A DNA stretch of 32,000 nt from Ignicoccus pacificus DSM 13166 (GCA_025340205.1 CP006868.1:1050001-1082000); one strand, 5' to 3'. Positions 8,230 through 17,527 are shown, counted from the first letter of the stretch. The notes: a model not told the origin generated them from the sequence alone. Numbers and translations are program-made.

Positions 8230-10307
8230 CTTCCTACAAGGAGCTCATTAACAAGCTCGCTGTAGCGGTCGAGCTTCTGTTTAAGAATCTTTAATTCCTT
8301 ACTTAACCAAGGTTTAGTGTAATAGTTGTAGAATTGGATGGTCTCTCTAATTGCTTGACCTATACTGCACTTCACTAGCTTGCTAAGACCGCCTAGCTTC
8401 TCTATTTTCATCCTTAACTCGACGAAGCTCTTCAAGTTAGGAGCCTTAATTAGCTCTTCTATGTATCTTGTAGCGTTCTTAGGACAAGAGGCCTGAGGCT
8501 GTGAAAGCCTTAGCATGCCGATCTTCGACTGGAGCTCATTCACCAAACCAACAATCATCTCGTAATCTAGCTTCAGTCTTTGTGCTAGGTTAACCGCCGT
8601 ATAGACGTTCTTATACGTAGGCTCCATAGCTAATAGTTCATCTAGTCTCTGCGCAGTCATCTCAAAATCGGAAAGTAGCTTGTAGAGCTTGACTGTTAGG
8701 CTTTTCACGGAGCTTAGCTTTGTCAAATACTGCAAGGCGTTGAGGAAAGGCTTTTTCAGAAAGCTCGCTTTAAACTGAGGACTTGTAGATACCTCTTCGT
8801 ATAACCTCTCTATCCTTAGGTAGGGGTTGATTATCACGGCCAACTCTTCTGGCATCGGACGCGAGGGCGTTATTACCGGTACGGTTAGGGTTGTAGTTGA
8901 CGTTACAAAAGCCCATTCTGTTAGAGTGGACGTTGTTATGAGTGTTGAAACCTCTGTAAGATACTTCGTAAGCCATGAAGTGTATGTCGAGGTTATAGTG
9001 CTAGTTTCTGTTACATACTTTAACCGAGTGAAGGTCTGTGTGGTAGTTACATTTACCTTGTGGATAACGTACTTGTATATAGTCGTTAGCTTAGCTGAGT
9101 TCACGATCACAGGTTTGCTTAATATAAACGGTGAAAGCTCAATTCCAATTATCTCTCCATCTGAGAAGCCTATGTAGAGCCTTTTACTATGCCACACTAA
9201 AGCGGTCGCCCCAGGTACCTTCATGAGTGCTTCAAGGTGCCCGTCAGTTCCTATGATAGTAACTACACCTTCGGCCTTGTTCAATACGGCTAAGTACTTG
9301 CATTCTTGAGAGAAGCTAACCTCGTAACCCTTTAGGTTAGGATTATCATAAGTGATCAACGAATTCTTGAGAATTAGGGTACCGCTCGGTCCGGTGGCCG
9401 CTACCAAATCTTGGCATACGTCGACCCCGTAGTACCTTCCAGGGATCCTTTTCAGGGTAGTTCCATCGACCCTAAACAACCATAAAGCGTCACTTCCTTG
9501 ACCTCCGAAGGACAATGTGCTTGCCGCTATCAGTCCTTTGTTGATCGTCACAGAAGCTATCCACTTGATGTCCTTTTCCCAAAGAAGATTGCCTGTTGGA
9601 TCGAAGGCACCGAGAGAAGATGCCCCGGCAACTACCAAGGACGGACTACAAGCTATGGCGCCATTGAACCTCTGCTTTAGCTGGAACAAAGGTGTAACGC
9701 CGTTAGCGCTCACTGATACGACCTTTCCGGACAGAGTGTTCGCTAGGATCTCAGTTCTGGAAGAACAGAGGGAAAAGAACGAACCCCTTACGTGCTTAAC
9801 AATCCTACCTTCAGTGGTAACAAGGTAGATTCCGTCGTCAGTGAGCGCGGCTAGAAGTTTACCCGGTGCTAGTTCTGAGATGAATGAGTTCACGTCAAAC
9901 GTAATCACCTTTGTGGGAAACAGCCCGATGAAGTAGCCTCCAGGAACAGTGCTCAAGAATGAAAGTACGTTTGAAGGAATCAAGGTTACTCTGTGAGTGA
10001 TGGTAGTAGTTTTTGTCAGGTAGAGAGTAGTTGTAGTCGTTGAGGTCAATGTGCCTATGGTATAGGTAGTTAGTGTACTAAGGTAAGTTATCGTGGTCAA
10101 AGTATGTTCATAGGTTGTCGTTATTATAGTTGTGGTGAACCTAGTAACGTAGGTAATGATAGAAGTTACTGTGGTAGTAATCGTATTTATAGTAGTTGTT
10201 AAGGTTGTCTTTAAGTAAGGAGGTATGAGTAAGCCTCCTAGAGGAGGCAATAGCCAGATGAGCGCAAGTACTAGTAGGGCGCCGCCCAAGAGCGAGTATA
10301 AGTCCAA
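8226..10307 (-). CDS. Membrane-anchored protein: N-terminal TM, Thr-rich segment, beta-propeller-like domain, second Thr-rich segment, C-terminal helical region
   Basis: 693 aa; TM 'LLGGALLVLALIWLLPPLGGLLI', then 'TTLTTTINTITTTVTSIITYVTRFTTTIITTTYEHTLTTITYLSTLTT...', propeller-like blades incl. 'VSFSQECKYLAVLN', second 'VTTTQTFTRLKYVTETSTITSTYTS...TSTTTLTV'. Confidence 0.75.
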   Translation of the reverse strand: MDLYSLLGGALLVLALIWLLPPLGGLLIPPYLKTTLTTTINTITTTVTSIITYVTRFTTTIITTTYEHTLTTITYLSTLTTYTIGTLTSTTTTTLYLTKTTTITHRVTLIPSNVLSFLSTVPGGYFIGLFPTKVITFDVNSFISELAPGKLLAALTDDGIYLVTTEGRIVKHVRGSFFSLCSSRTEILANTLSGKVVSVSANGVTPLFQLKQRFNGAIACSPSLVVAGASSLGAFDPTGNLLWEKDIKWIASVTINKGLIAASTLSFGGQGSDALWLFRVDGTTLKRIPGRYYGVDVCQDLVAATGPSGTLILKNSLITYDNPNLKGYEVSFSQECKYLAVLNKAEGVVTIIGTDGHLEALMKVPGATALVWHSKRLYIGFSDGEIIGIELSPFILSKPVIVNSAKLTTIYKYVIHKVNVTTTQTFTRLKYVTETSTITSTYTSWLTKYLTEVSTLITTSTLTEWAFVTSTTTLTVPVITPSRPMPEELAVIINPYLRIERLYEEVSTSPQFKASFLKKPFLNALQYLTKLSSVKSLTVKLYKLLSDFEMTAQRLDELLAMEPTYKNVYTAVNLAQRLKLDYEMIVGLVNELQSKIGMLRLSQPQASCPKNATRYIEELIKAPNLKSFVELRMKIEKLGGLSKLVKCSIGQAIRETIQFYNYYTKPWLSKELKILKQKLDRYSELVNELLVGS

Positions 10308-10348
10308 TACTCGTCCCCCGACTCTCGATGAAGTAAAGTGATATACTC

Positions 10349-11485
10349 TTATCGCGCTAATCCAGAAAGTAAAGAGAGAGAGGTTCTCAAAGCTATAGGG
10401 TTCACATGCCTGTATTCCCTTGAGATAAGCTCTAGAGCTCTCGGTAGTAGAGGCTGAATTCCTTGTGGTAAGATGAGCTTGCTCTCCTTAGCTATGCTAT
10501 AGCACTCCTCAGGCGATCCAACCAGATCATAACACCATTTAAAAATTTCATATTGGTAATCGTCAAGTGACATGAGCGACTTTATGCTTAAGCCAAAGGG
10601 TCTGTAACTCACAACTTCGAACGTCTTGACGCTACCGTCTAAGAATCCGACTGCTATAGAAGTCATGCTCCAAGAGATGGCTGTGGGTAAGTTTCGAACA
10701 TTAAGTTTGTAGACTATAGATCCCGAGGAGTTAAGGATTGATATAGAAAAGTCGTTTTGGTCGACTACTGCTAGGTACTTACAGTCACTGCTAAAGGATA
10801 TTGTAAACGCGAACTTAAATCCAGGCTTAACCCAAAGCTTAGCTAAGGAGCCGTTGGGTGTTACCTCAAAGAGATATACTCGGGAGGATGTCGTTACCGC
10901 CAAATATCTGTCACAGCTCTTAACGTCGTATATTCCCTCCTGCTTAAAGCTCGGGTAATTTAACATCTTAATTATATTTCCTCTCGTCACATCTACTACA
11001 AGTAACCTCCTGAGGCCTATGTCTGCAGAGTAAAGTCGATTACCAATGACTGCCAAGCCGTGCCTCACTAATCCGACTTTGAGCCTCCAAAGTGAAGTAC
11101 CATTGTAGAGGGTCAATTGTAGATAGTTTCCGGCGGCCACAAAGGCACTTGGAAGGAGCAAAATCCCTCCGTTGAAGTCGTCGCTTAGCTTTAACGTCCT
11201 CCACTCATTGTTAAACAACAAGACCTTTCCTTCATTATCGATGAAGCCAAACGTGTTACAGCAATAAGATACATCCATTATATTCGTCCCGGTGCACATT
11301 CTTGAGATTACGGATCCCTCTTTAACTACGTAGGCACAAGAGGACGAGGCAGCTATCCCGAGCTTTCCATCATGGGAGAAGACGAGGCCGTTAACCCAAC
11401 CGTTAGTCTTGAAATTCCATTGAGGAACCAACTTTAACGAGAATGTCATTACAGTAAGTATCAATATCAGATAAAGGAACTTCAT
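10349..11485 (-). CDS. Secreted/membrane-tethered Cys-containing beta-propeller-like protein with helical C-terminus
   Basis: 378 aa; signal-like 'MKFLYLILILTVMTFSLKL'; blades 'VNGLVFSHDGKLGIAASSSCAYVV', 'MDVSYCCNTFGFIDNEGKVLLF', 'ISFSSDCKYLAVVDQ', 'AISWSMTSIAVGFLDGSVKTFEV'. Confidence 0.75.
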   Translation of the reverse strand: MKFLYLILILTVMTFSLKLVPQWNFKTNGWVNGLVFSHDGKLGIAASSSCAYVVKEGSVISRMCTGTNIMDVSYCCNTFGFIDNEGKVLLFNNEWRTLKLSDDFNGGILLLPSAFVAAGNYLQLTLYNGTSLWRLKVGLVRHGLAVIGNRLYSADIGLRRLLVVDVTRGNIIKMLNYPSFKQEGIYDVKSCDRYLAVTTSSRVYLFEVTPNGSLAKLWVKPGFKFAFTISFSSDCKYLAVVDQNDFSISILNSSGSIVYKLNVRNLPTAISWSMTSIAVGFLDGSVKTFEVVSYRPFGLSIKSLMSLDDYQYEIFKWCYDLVGSPEECYSIAKESKLILPQGIQPLLPRALELISREYRHVNPIALRTSLSLLSGLAR

Positions 11486-11678
11486 TGGGTGAGCCTCCGT
11501 GAGAGATACTTAGCGAACTCCGAAAACCTTTCCTAGCATCTTAAGAGCTGAGAATTTCATTTGATGTAGTAAACAATAACAAATATATAATCTTGTAGAG
11601 TATTCTAATTGGATAATGTGAGATAATGTACCACCACTTAAATCCTTCCTTTAAATACCCTGTGTAAGGGTACGATTC

Positions 11679-12821
11679 ATGCAGTTCAGCGAGGTTGACG
11701 TTAAAGCGAGGAAAAGAGCTGCTAAGATAATGCACGAAGCATTCATGAAATTGATAAAGAAGATAAGGAGGGGGGAGGAGCCAGAGCTGGTTCTACCTAA
11801 GAGAACGTTGGCTAATACCGTTTGGGACGCTGAACAGAGGATATTGAGGCTGGGAGAGGGGACCTTAACCAGAAAGTTCTTAGATGCATCTGAGGCAAAG
11901 AAGTTTATGAAGACAGTGCTAATGGCTTCGATAATATACGAGGCCCTCCTAAACGACGAGTACCCGACCATAAGAGACCTCTACTACAGAGGGAAGCACA
12001 CCATAGTCTACAGAGATCACAAGGGGAGGAGGAGGGAGGAGAACACTTGGGACGAGCAGAAGGAGAGCGACGCCGTGATTACCGACGTAGAGGTCTATAC
12101 TGGACTATTGAGGGAGGAGATGCTAATATTGAGCAAGGAAAAGGGTAAGGTAGTAGGAAACATGAGGATTAGGTCCGGAGGAGACGTAATAGACCTAAGC
12201 AAGATGGGCCATGGAGCTTACGCTATAGAACCAACTCCGGATCTCATAGAGTTCATAGACGTAGACGCCGAGTACGTGCTAGTAATAGAGAAGGACGCAG
12301 TCTTCCAGCAGTTGCACAGGATAAAGTTCTGGGACAGGTACAAGTGCTTGCTAGTCACTTCCTCCGGACAGCCCGACAGGGCCACTAGAAGGTTCGTTAG
12401 AAGGCTAAATGAGGAGCTGGGTCTACCGGTCTACGTATTGACGGACGCCGACCCCTACGGATGGTACATCTACAGCGTCTTCCGTTCCGGAAGCATTACC
12501 TTGAGCTACGAGAGCGAAAGGCTGGCAACCCCTTCAGCTAAGTTCTTAGGAGTGAGCATGAGTGACATATTCGAGAAGAACTGGCTTAGCCCCAAGGAGA
12601 GGAAGAACGTAATAATTAAGGCAAAAGACACGGACATCAAGAGGGCTAAGGAAATGATGAGGTACCAGTGGTTCCAGAGCAGGAAGTGGAAGCACGAGAT
12701 AAACTTGTTCCTCAAGAAGAAGAGTAAGCTGGAGATAGAGGCCTTAGCGGTAAAGGGTCTCAAGTTCCTCTCCGAGGTCTACATACCTCAGAAGATCCAG
12801 ACCGGAGACTGGATAGAGTGA
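11679..12821 (+). CDS. top6A: DNA topoisomerase VI subunit A (Spo11-like)
   Basis: 380 aa; catalytic Tyr context 'TIRDLYYRGKHTI', Toprim 'YVLVIEKDAVFQQL' and 'PVYVLTDADPYGWYIYSV'. Confidence 0.95.
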   Translation: MQFSEVDVKARKRAAKIMHEAFMKLIKKIRRGEEPELVLPKRTLANTVWDAEQRILRLGEGTLTRKFLDASEAKKFMKTVLMASIIYEALLNDEYPTIRDLYYRGKHTIVYRDHKGRRREENTWDEQKESDAVITDVEVYTGLLREEMLILSKEKGKVVGNMRIRSGGDVIDLSKMGHGAYAIEPTPDLIEFIDVDAEYVLVIEKDAVFQQLHRIKFWDRYKCLLVTSSGQPDRATRRFVRRLNEELGLPVYVLTDADPYGWYIYSVFRSGSITLSYESERLATPSAKFLGVSMSDIFEKNWLSPKERKNVIIKAKDTDIKRAKEMMRYQWFQSRKWKHEINLFLKKKSKLEIEALAVKGLKFLSEVYIPQKIQTGDWIE

Positions 12822-12823
12822 GG

Positions 12824-13192
12824 CTAACACCTAACCTTATCGTTTCCTGAAGGAAACTTGAAGACGTAGGTAGGACCGTAATGCTTCACCAAATGACATT
12901 CCCCGGGCTCAAAGATGACGATACCGCCTTCCCCAATTTCCAGCTCTACAGGGCGAAGCACCTTACCTCCTTTCAAGAACAAGTAGATCTCCCAGCTCCT
13001 CTCGTGGTAATGGCTCTCCTCAAAGGTACCTTCATTAGCGATCGCTATCTCAAAGGGGGCTTCGAGGACCCTTTTGGGTTCCCAGAGGAACTCCCAGCGC
13101 TCCTCTCCTTTCCAGAGCTCCTTTACCGCTAGCTTAATCCCCTTCTTTGAAAGAAAGGGGAGCACTTCCTCCAAGGATTTCAATACCTTCAA
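12824..13192 (-). CDS. Cupin-domain protein
   Basis: 122 aa; 'ESHYHERSWEIYLFLKGG...EIGEGGIVIFEPGECHLVKHYGPTYVFKFP' cupin motif 1/2. Confidence 0.75.
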   Translation of the reverse strand: MKVLKSLEEVLPFLSKKGIKLAVKELWKGEERWEFLWEPKRVLEAPFEIAIANEGTFEESHYHERSWEIYLFLKGGKVLRPVELEIGEGGIVIFEPGECHLVKHYGPTYVFKFPSGNDKVRC

Positions 13193-13222
13193 GGATCATC
13201 AAAAAAAGAAAGATGAGGGAGG

Positions 13223-13426
13223 TTATTCCTCCTTCTTGGCTGGCCTAATCCTTATCTCCCCGGTCTCCTCATCCATCTCCAGCACGTACTCCTTGCCGAA
13301 CTTCTCTACCACGCTCTTCGGCACGTAGATGTTCAGCGGCAGCGTATAGTAGACGTACTTGTACTCCTTGTCTTTCACTACCTTCTTGCCTATTACCTCT
13401 CTCACCTTCACTTGCCTCCTCCTCAA
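13223..13426 (-). CDS. Small AbrB/SpoVT-like candidate DNA-binding protein
   Basis: 67 aa; 'KYVYYTLPLNIYVPKSVVEKFGKEYVLEMDEETGEIRIRPAKKEE'; 4-nt overlap with upstream gene. Confidence 0.5.
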   Translation of the reverse strand: MRRRQVKVREVIGKKVVKDKEYKYVYYTLPLNIYVPKSVVEKFGKEYVLEMDEETGEIRIRPAKKEE

Positions 13427-14235
13427 GCCTCCTCACCCCTTGCCTTCCTTAGCGCGGCAGCTATGGCCGCTAGCAGAGCGGGGGCCGGAACGCCTACCAC
13501 GTTGACTAACAGCTCTCCCCAATGGCTCTTGTCAAGCATTGGGAAGCTCACAGTCGCCACTCCGCTGGCTGGCAGAGTGACGTAGGCGGTCACTATTCTT
13601 ATTGCAGCCCATCCTGGGTAGCTGGTTGTGTTCATCAGTACGGGTACCTTGTAAATCCTAGTGGCCCCAGCGGTTACTACGGAGGTCACCTTGGTTACGT
13701 AGGGGGTAGTGAAGATGCTGGTAGTGAGTACTGGAGCCACGTAGGTGGACCCGTCGATAGCGGTTTGGGTCGCCAGCACTTGGTAAGTTGCGGTCACCAC
13801 CTTCGGTACAGTTACCGGTATGACGGTAACGGTGCTCTCGTTATAAGTCACGGTAACCTCCTTCAGCGTGTAGATGGTGAACCTTGGATCGTGGCAGTAG
13901 ATTCCTATCGTTACTACTGTGCTGGTAGGCAGAGCGTCCTTAGGCATGGTGACTATTAGCTCGCTGGCAGGGTCGACAGTAAGTCCTACGACGTTCTGCC
14001 CCTCGGTAATGGTAACTAGTCTTCCGGCGGTGTGGGTTCCCATGATTATTAGGGCCGGCTCGCATACTTGCTGCTTGACGGTTAGGTAGCCGTTGACGGT
14101 GTCTAGTAAGGTTATGGTGTTCACATAGCTGCTGGGGGCGTTTAGAGAGACCGTTACTGTAGCTACGCTGTTCACTCCGGGGAGGGCCAGAGCGAGGGGG
14201 AGTAGCAGAGCGAGAGCGATTACTCCGTACCTCAT
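13423..14235 (-). CDS. Secreted beta-rich, Thr/Val-rich surface protein candidate with C-terminal hydrophobic helix
   Basis: 270 aa; signal peptide 'MRYGVIALALLLPLALALPG', Thr/Val-rich body, C-term 'VPAPALLAAIAAALRKARGEEA'. Confidence 0.65.
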   Translation of the reverse strand: MRYGVIALALLLPLALALPGVNSVATVTVSLNAPSSYVNTITLLDTVNGYLTVKQQVCEPALIIMGTHTAGRLVTITEGQNVVGLTVDPASELIVTMPKDALPTSTVVTIGIYCHDPRFTIYTLKEVTVTYNESTVTVIPVTVPKVVTATYQVLATQTAIDGSTYVAPVLTTSIFTTPYVTKVTSVVTAGATRIYKVPVLMNTTSYPGWAAIRIVTAYVTLPASGVATVSFPMLDKSHWGELLVNVVGVPAPALLAAIAAALRKARGEEA

Positions 14236-14381
14236 CTTTCCCCGCCGGTAGAAATTAGAGAATGAAGTCTAATAAGTGTTTCTATATAAGGTAAAATTGA
14301 GAGATTGAGCATTCTATGATTCTAATAACAGAGAGAAAGAGAGTAAAGAACTAAAGCTTACCATGTGCCGGAAGAGCGAAC

Positions 14382-15629
14382 ATGAGAGTGGTGGTAAGGT
14401 CACTAGGGCCCCTTAAGGACTCTGAGATAGAGCTCGGAGATCTGACCGTACTTTATGGACCGGCTGGCGAGGGGAAGAGTCTGTTAATGAAGAGAATATT
14501 CGGAGAGTACCTCATCCTTAACGACGTATTTAAGGAAGTTATATCGTGCTCTATATCGTTACAAATAGCTAGGAGTCTCAAGGGAGGGCTTAGGGCAAGG
14601 GATGCTTTGGTTATGGCTGATGTCATTGATGAAATATTGAGAATAAAGGACAATTGGATAAAGAAGTGGGTTATAGGAGGAGAGCTGGAGTTCTCAAAGA
14701 CCCTCGAGGACTTGTTAAGTGAGCTAGAGCTCGACTTCAAGGAACAGATCGAGGGGGAGGGATGGAGGGTAATCATAGAGGGGAAGGAGAGAATGATAAG
14801 GGTGGAGGCTGAAGGGGTCGAGGACCCGAGCAAACTAATGGATGTGCTCAAGGCTACAGTAAAGGTGACGAAGGAAAAGGTGAGGGATCTCCTCGAGGAG
14901 GCGTCGAGGAAAGCTAAGGGAGAAATAGGCGTAGAGAGGATAACTTATTCCCATTATGGAAGAGGGGCCCTTGTCCAAATGCTCTACAGTTTGGAGGAGT
15001 GTAAGAGCTTAAGAAAGATGGACGTTGAAGAGTGCGTGAGGAAGATCATATCCTTTGAGGACTTCGAGCCTCTGAAAAGGCCCTTGAGCCTCTCGCTACC
15101 GTTAGTTACAGCCCTAGAGTCCTACGAGGCTATTAACGACAGCACTCTGGGTAAGCTCTTTGAAGCCTTCTCATTACCCGGTAACGAGGAGTTCCTCAAG
15201 GCCTCGGCATTAGCTCAATCCTTAATGGCCATGAGGACCCAGCTCTGCAGATACGGAAATGCCTCTTCTCTTATCTTCATCGAGGAACCCGAGGAGGAGA
15301 TGGGTAAGAGGAGGCAAGTGAGGTTAGCTTCCTTGCTCTACTCAATAGCTTGCTATCTAAAGAGAAGAGGGGCGAAGCTGGTCATAGCCACCCAAAGCTC
15401 GGCGATAGTCCTCACCCTCGCGTACCTGAGCGCGCTGAAGGCTACAGTGGAGGACGCGATGAGGTTCTGTAACCTCCAGCCGAAGGAGATTGAAGACCTT
15501 AAGTGCGAAACCCCTCAAGTGAAGTTCTATAGAGTTGAGAAGGGGAAGGTTAGACTGACCTCCTTGAGCGACGTAATAGAGGACATGGGAGGATTTGAGG
15601 AACTAACACCTCTAACCTCCGGCCTCTAA
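14382..15629 (+). CDS. AAA/SMC-like P-loop ATPase
   Basis: 415 aa; Walker A 'LYGPAGEGKSLLMKRIFG', Walker B 'SLIFIEEPEEEM', 'VIATQSSAIV' after it; Arg/Glu-rich insertion. Confidence 0.8.
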   Translation: MRVVVRSLGPLKDSEIELGDLTVLYGPAGEGKSLLMKRIFGEYLILNDVFKEVISCSISLQIARSLKGGLRARDALVMADVIDEILRIKDNWIKKWVIGGELEFSKTLEDLLSELELDFKEQIEGEGWRVIIEGKERMIRVEAEGVEDPSKLMDVLKATVKVTKEKVRDLLEEASRKAKGEIGVERITYSHYGRGALVQMLYSLEECKSLRKMDVEECVRKIISFEDFEPLKRPLSLSLPLVTALESYEAINDSTLGKLFEAFSLPGNEEFLKASALAQSLMAMRTQLCRYGNASSLIFIEEPEEEMGKRRQVRLASLLYSIACYLKRRGAKLVIATQSSAIVLTLAYLSALKATVEDAMRFCNLQPKEIEDLKCETPQVKFYRVEKGKVRLTSLSDVIEDMGGFEELTPLTSGL

Positions 15630-15640
15630 TATCCTCCACG

Positions 15641-15931
15641 TTGCTTCAGCTGGGGAGCGACGTGGAGCCCCTAACGACTATCGGATGGAGCTTAGTGATA
15701 TTAGGAGTAATCATGATGATCATAGGAGTAGTTCTAATGATCGTTTCAGCTGCCGGAGGAAAGGTAGAATGGGGAGGGGGAGCGGTGATCTTCATCGGAC
15801 CCTTCCCCATTGTAATAGGTGGAGGAAAGCTCGGATGGATAGCGATCTTAATAGCTGTCCTCTTGGCATTCATGATGATAGTACTGTTCTTCTTCCCCGT
15901 ACCAACGAAATCTCCACCTAGGACCCCTTAG
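15641..15931 (+). CDS. DUF131-like small membrane protein
   Basis: 96 aa; 'LTTIGWSLVILGVIMMIIGVVLMI...GGGAVIFIGPFPIVIGGGKLGWIAILIAVLLAFMMIVLFFF'. Confidence 0.7.
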   Translation: MLQLGSDVEPLTTIGWSLVILGVIMMIIGVVLMIVSAAGGKVEWGGGAVIFIGPFPIVIGGGKLGWIAILIAVLLAFMMIVLFFFPVPTKSPPRTP

Positions 15932-15989
15932 CGCTTTATTGTTCACGTAAAATAGAAGCTTTTGATTCCATGATCTCCACCCTCGCCGA

Positions 15990-16916
15990 GTGATGGTGAT
16001 GAGAAGGGGAATAGCTCTCTTGCTCTTGGTCCTCGTGGCCCTCCAAGCAGCTCAGCTCGAGCTTATTTACTCCAAGATCACATTCGGTTGGCCCATATGG
16101 AAGGTGGACAGCGACTGCAAGACCTACACCATAGGCGTAACCTACATGAACTATGACGATGCCTCCTACTGCTGCGGCAAAATATATCAATTGGATGACG
16201 ACGAGGTGAGAATATTCAAGGCGACTAGCGTTAACGACGATCCCATACCTCTCGGTAAGGTGAGCTTGGATGAGGACTTCGATAAGATAGTGGCGGTGTC
16301 CGACGGATTCGTGGTCTGTAAGGATACCACTTGCGTCAGGTACTTGGACAACGGAACGGTCCTCTGGAGGGCGACTCTTCAAGGATCCGGACTGGGAGAC
16401 GCTGACCTGGAGTACGTCAGGAACGCAGTGGCGATACCTCTGGAGAAGGGAATAGTTTACTTGGATCCCGATACCGGATCCATGATATCATACGTGAGCT
16501 TTGGAAGAGAGGTGACCCACACGGCAGCTTGCGGAAGCCTCCAAGCCCTCTCATTAAAGGGAGAGCTCGGTGACAGCTTAATAGTCCTCAACTTGAGCGA
16601 TATCGAGCACCCCAAGGTAATACTTAACAGGACGAGGTCTTGGCACATAACTACCTTAGATCTCAGTCACGACTGTAGGTACTTGCTCGTAACGAGTTTG
16701 CAGAAGGTCTACGTTCTGAGGCCAACGGACGGTGAGGTCTTGGCTTCTAAAATGGCAGCTGAGGGAACATACTTCATAACTGCATCTAACATATGCAAGG
16801 TGAAAGACGACGTATACACGATAGGGGTAGTGGCTGTGGACTTGAACAGCTTGAGCTCGATAACAGACCTAGGCGGCGCTTGGGTAGCTCTGTACGGCTA
16901 TCTCCTCACCCAATAG
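15990..16916 (+). CDS. Secreted Cys-containing beta-propeller-like protein
   Basis: 308 aa; signal-like 'MMVMRRGIALLLLVLVALQAAQLELIYS'; 'MNYDDASYCCGKIYQL', 'LDLSHDCRYLLVTSLQKVYVLRPTDGEV'. Confidence 0.75.
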   Translation: MMVMRRGIALLLLVLVALQAAQLELIYSKITFGWPIWKVDSDCKTYTIGVTYMNYDDASYCCGKIYQLDDDEVRIFKATSVNDDPIPLGKVSLDEDFDKIVAVSDGFVVCKDTTCVRYLDNGTVLWRATLQGSGLGDADLEYVRNAVAIPLEKGIVYLDPDTGSMISYVSFGREVTHTAACGSLQALSLKGELGDSLIVLNLSDIEHPKVILNRTRSWHITTLDLSHDCRYLLVTSLQKVYVLRPTDGEVLASKMAAEGTYFITASNICKVKDDVYTIGVVAVDLNSLSSITDLGGAWVALYGYLLTQ

Positions 16917-17483
16917 TTACTTTTTACAAATCCTCAAGAAGTTCTCAAATACCAGAGGACCCTTTTCCGTGTGCTGAACCTCCGGGTGGAATTGAACGCT
17001 ATAGAACGGACCGTTTTGATACTTCAAGGCTTGGACCCTGGTGAAGTCGCTGTGAGCTATTACCTTGCTGTTAGGAGGTTCCTTGATTACCTCTTCGTTG
17101 TGGCTCTCCCACGCCTTAAAGGAGGGAGCCAGCCCCTTGAGGATGTCATCCTCGTCATCAACGTAGATTACCACGTCCCCGTACTCAGGCTTGGGGGAAG
17201 GCCCTACCTCGCCCCCGTTTAGCAGTGCCAGCACTTGGTGACCCAAGCATATCCCAAGTATGGGCTTCCCTAGCTTGAGGTAGGCCTCGAGATGCTTTAC
17301 CTTTTCGAAGTCCTTGGGCATGGTTAAGGGTCCTCCGCCAAATACTATGCAGTCATAATCGAAGGGATCGGGTAAAGGCATGGTATACATTCTCAAGTCG
17401 GCCTCATGACCCAGCCTCTCAATGCTCCTCTTGATCAAGTGGTTGTACTGCCCTCCGAAGGCCACTACGAGAGCCCTTACCAC
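16917..17483 (-). CDS. guaAA: GMP synthase glutamine amidotransferase subunit A
   Basis: 188 aa; 'VVAFGGQYNHLIKRSIERLG', 'KPILGICLGHQVLALLNGG', 'YSVQFHPEVQHTEKG' class I GATase triad. Confidence 0.9.
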   Translation of the reverse strand: MVRALVVAFGGQYNHLIKRSIERLGHEADLRMYTMPLPDPFDYDCIVFGGGPLTMPKDFEKVKHLEAYLKLGKPILGICLGHQVLALLNGGEVGPSPKPEYGDVVIYVDDEDDILKGLAPSFKAWESHNEEVIKEPPNSKVIAHSDFTRVQALKYQNGPFYSVQFHPEVQHTEKGPLVFENFLRICKK

Positions 17484-17527
17484 TTGAACCTCCCGTGGGT
17501 GTGGGGCGAGGAGGAATAAAACTCACC

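Noticed and set aside
8770-9828. ORFs antisense to or in other frames of the 693-aa Thr-rich protein
   Set aside because: Shadow ORFs; the minus-strand frame has TM, propeller motifs and paralogues, while the others have no recognisable features.
9990-10240. GTAGTAGTTGT-like low-complexity DNA considered as a tandem repeat or regulatory array
   Set aside because: It is explained by Thr/Ile/Val codons of the Thr-rich segment; no fixed period was evident.
11541-11735. 64-aa minus-strand ORF in the top6A upstream region
   Set aside because: Overlaps the top6A start and an AT-rich promoter-like region; no domain and no paralogue seen.
13522-13959. 145-aa plus-strand ORF rich in Gly/Tyr/Ser/His
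   Set aside because: Composition is the mirror of the Thr/Val-rich secreted protein on the minus strand; no independent support.
14382-15629. Possible topoisomerase VI subunit B for the nearby top6A
   Set aside because: It has Walker A/B P-loop motifs typical of SMC/AAA ATPases rather than GHKL Bergerat-fold motifs.
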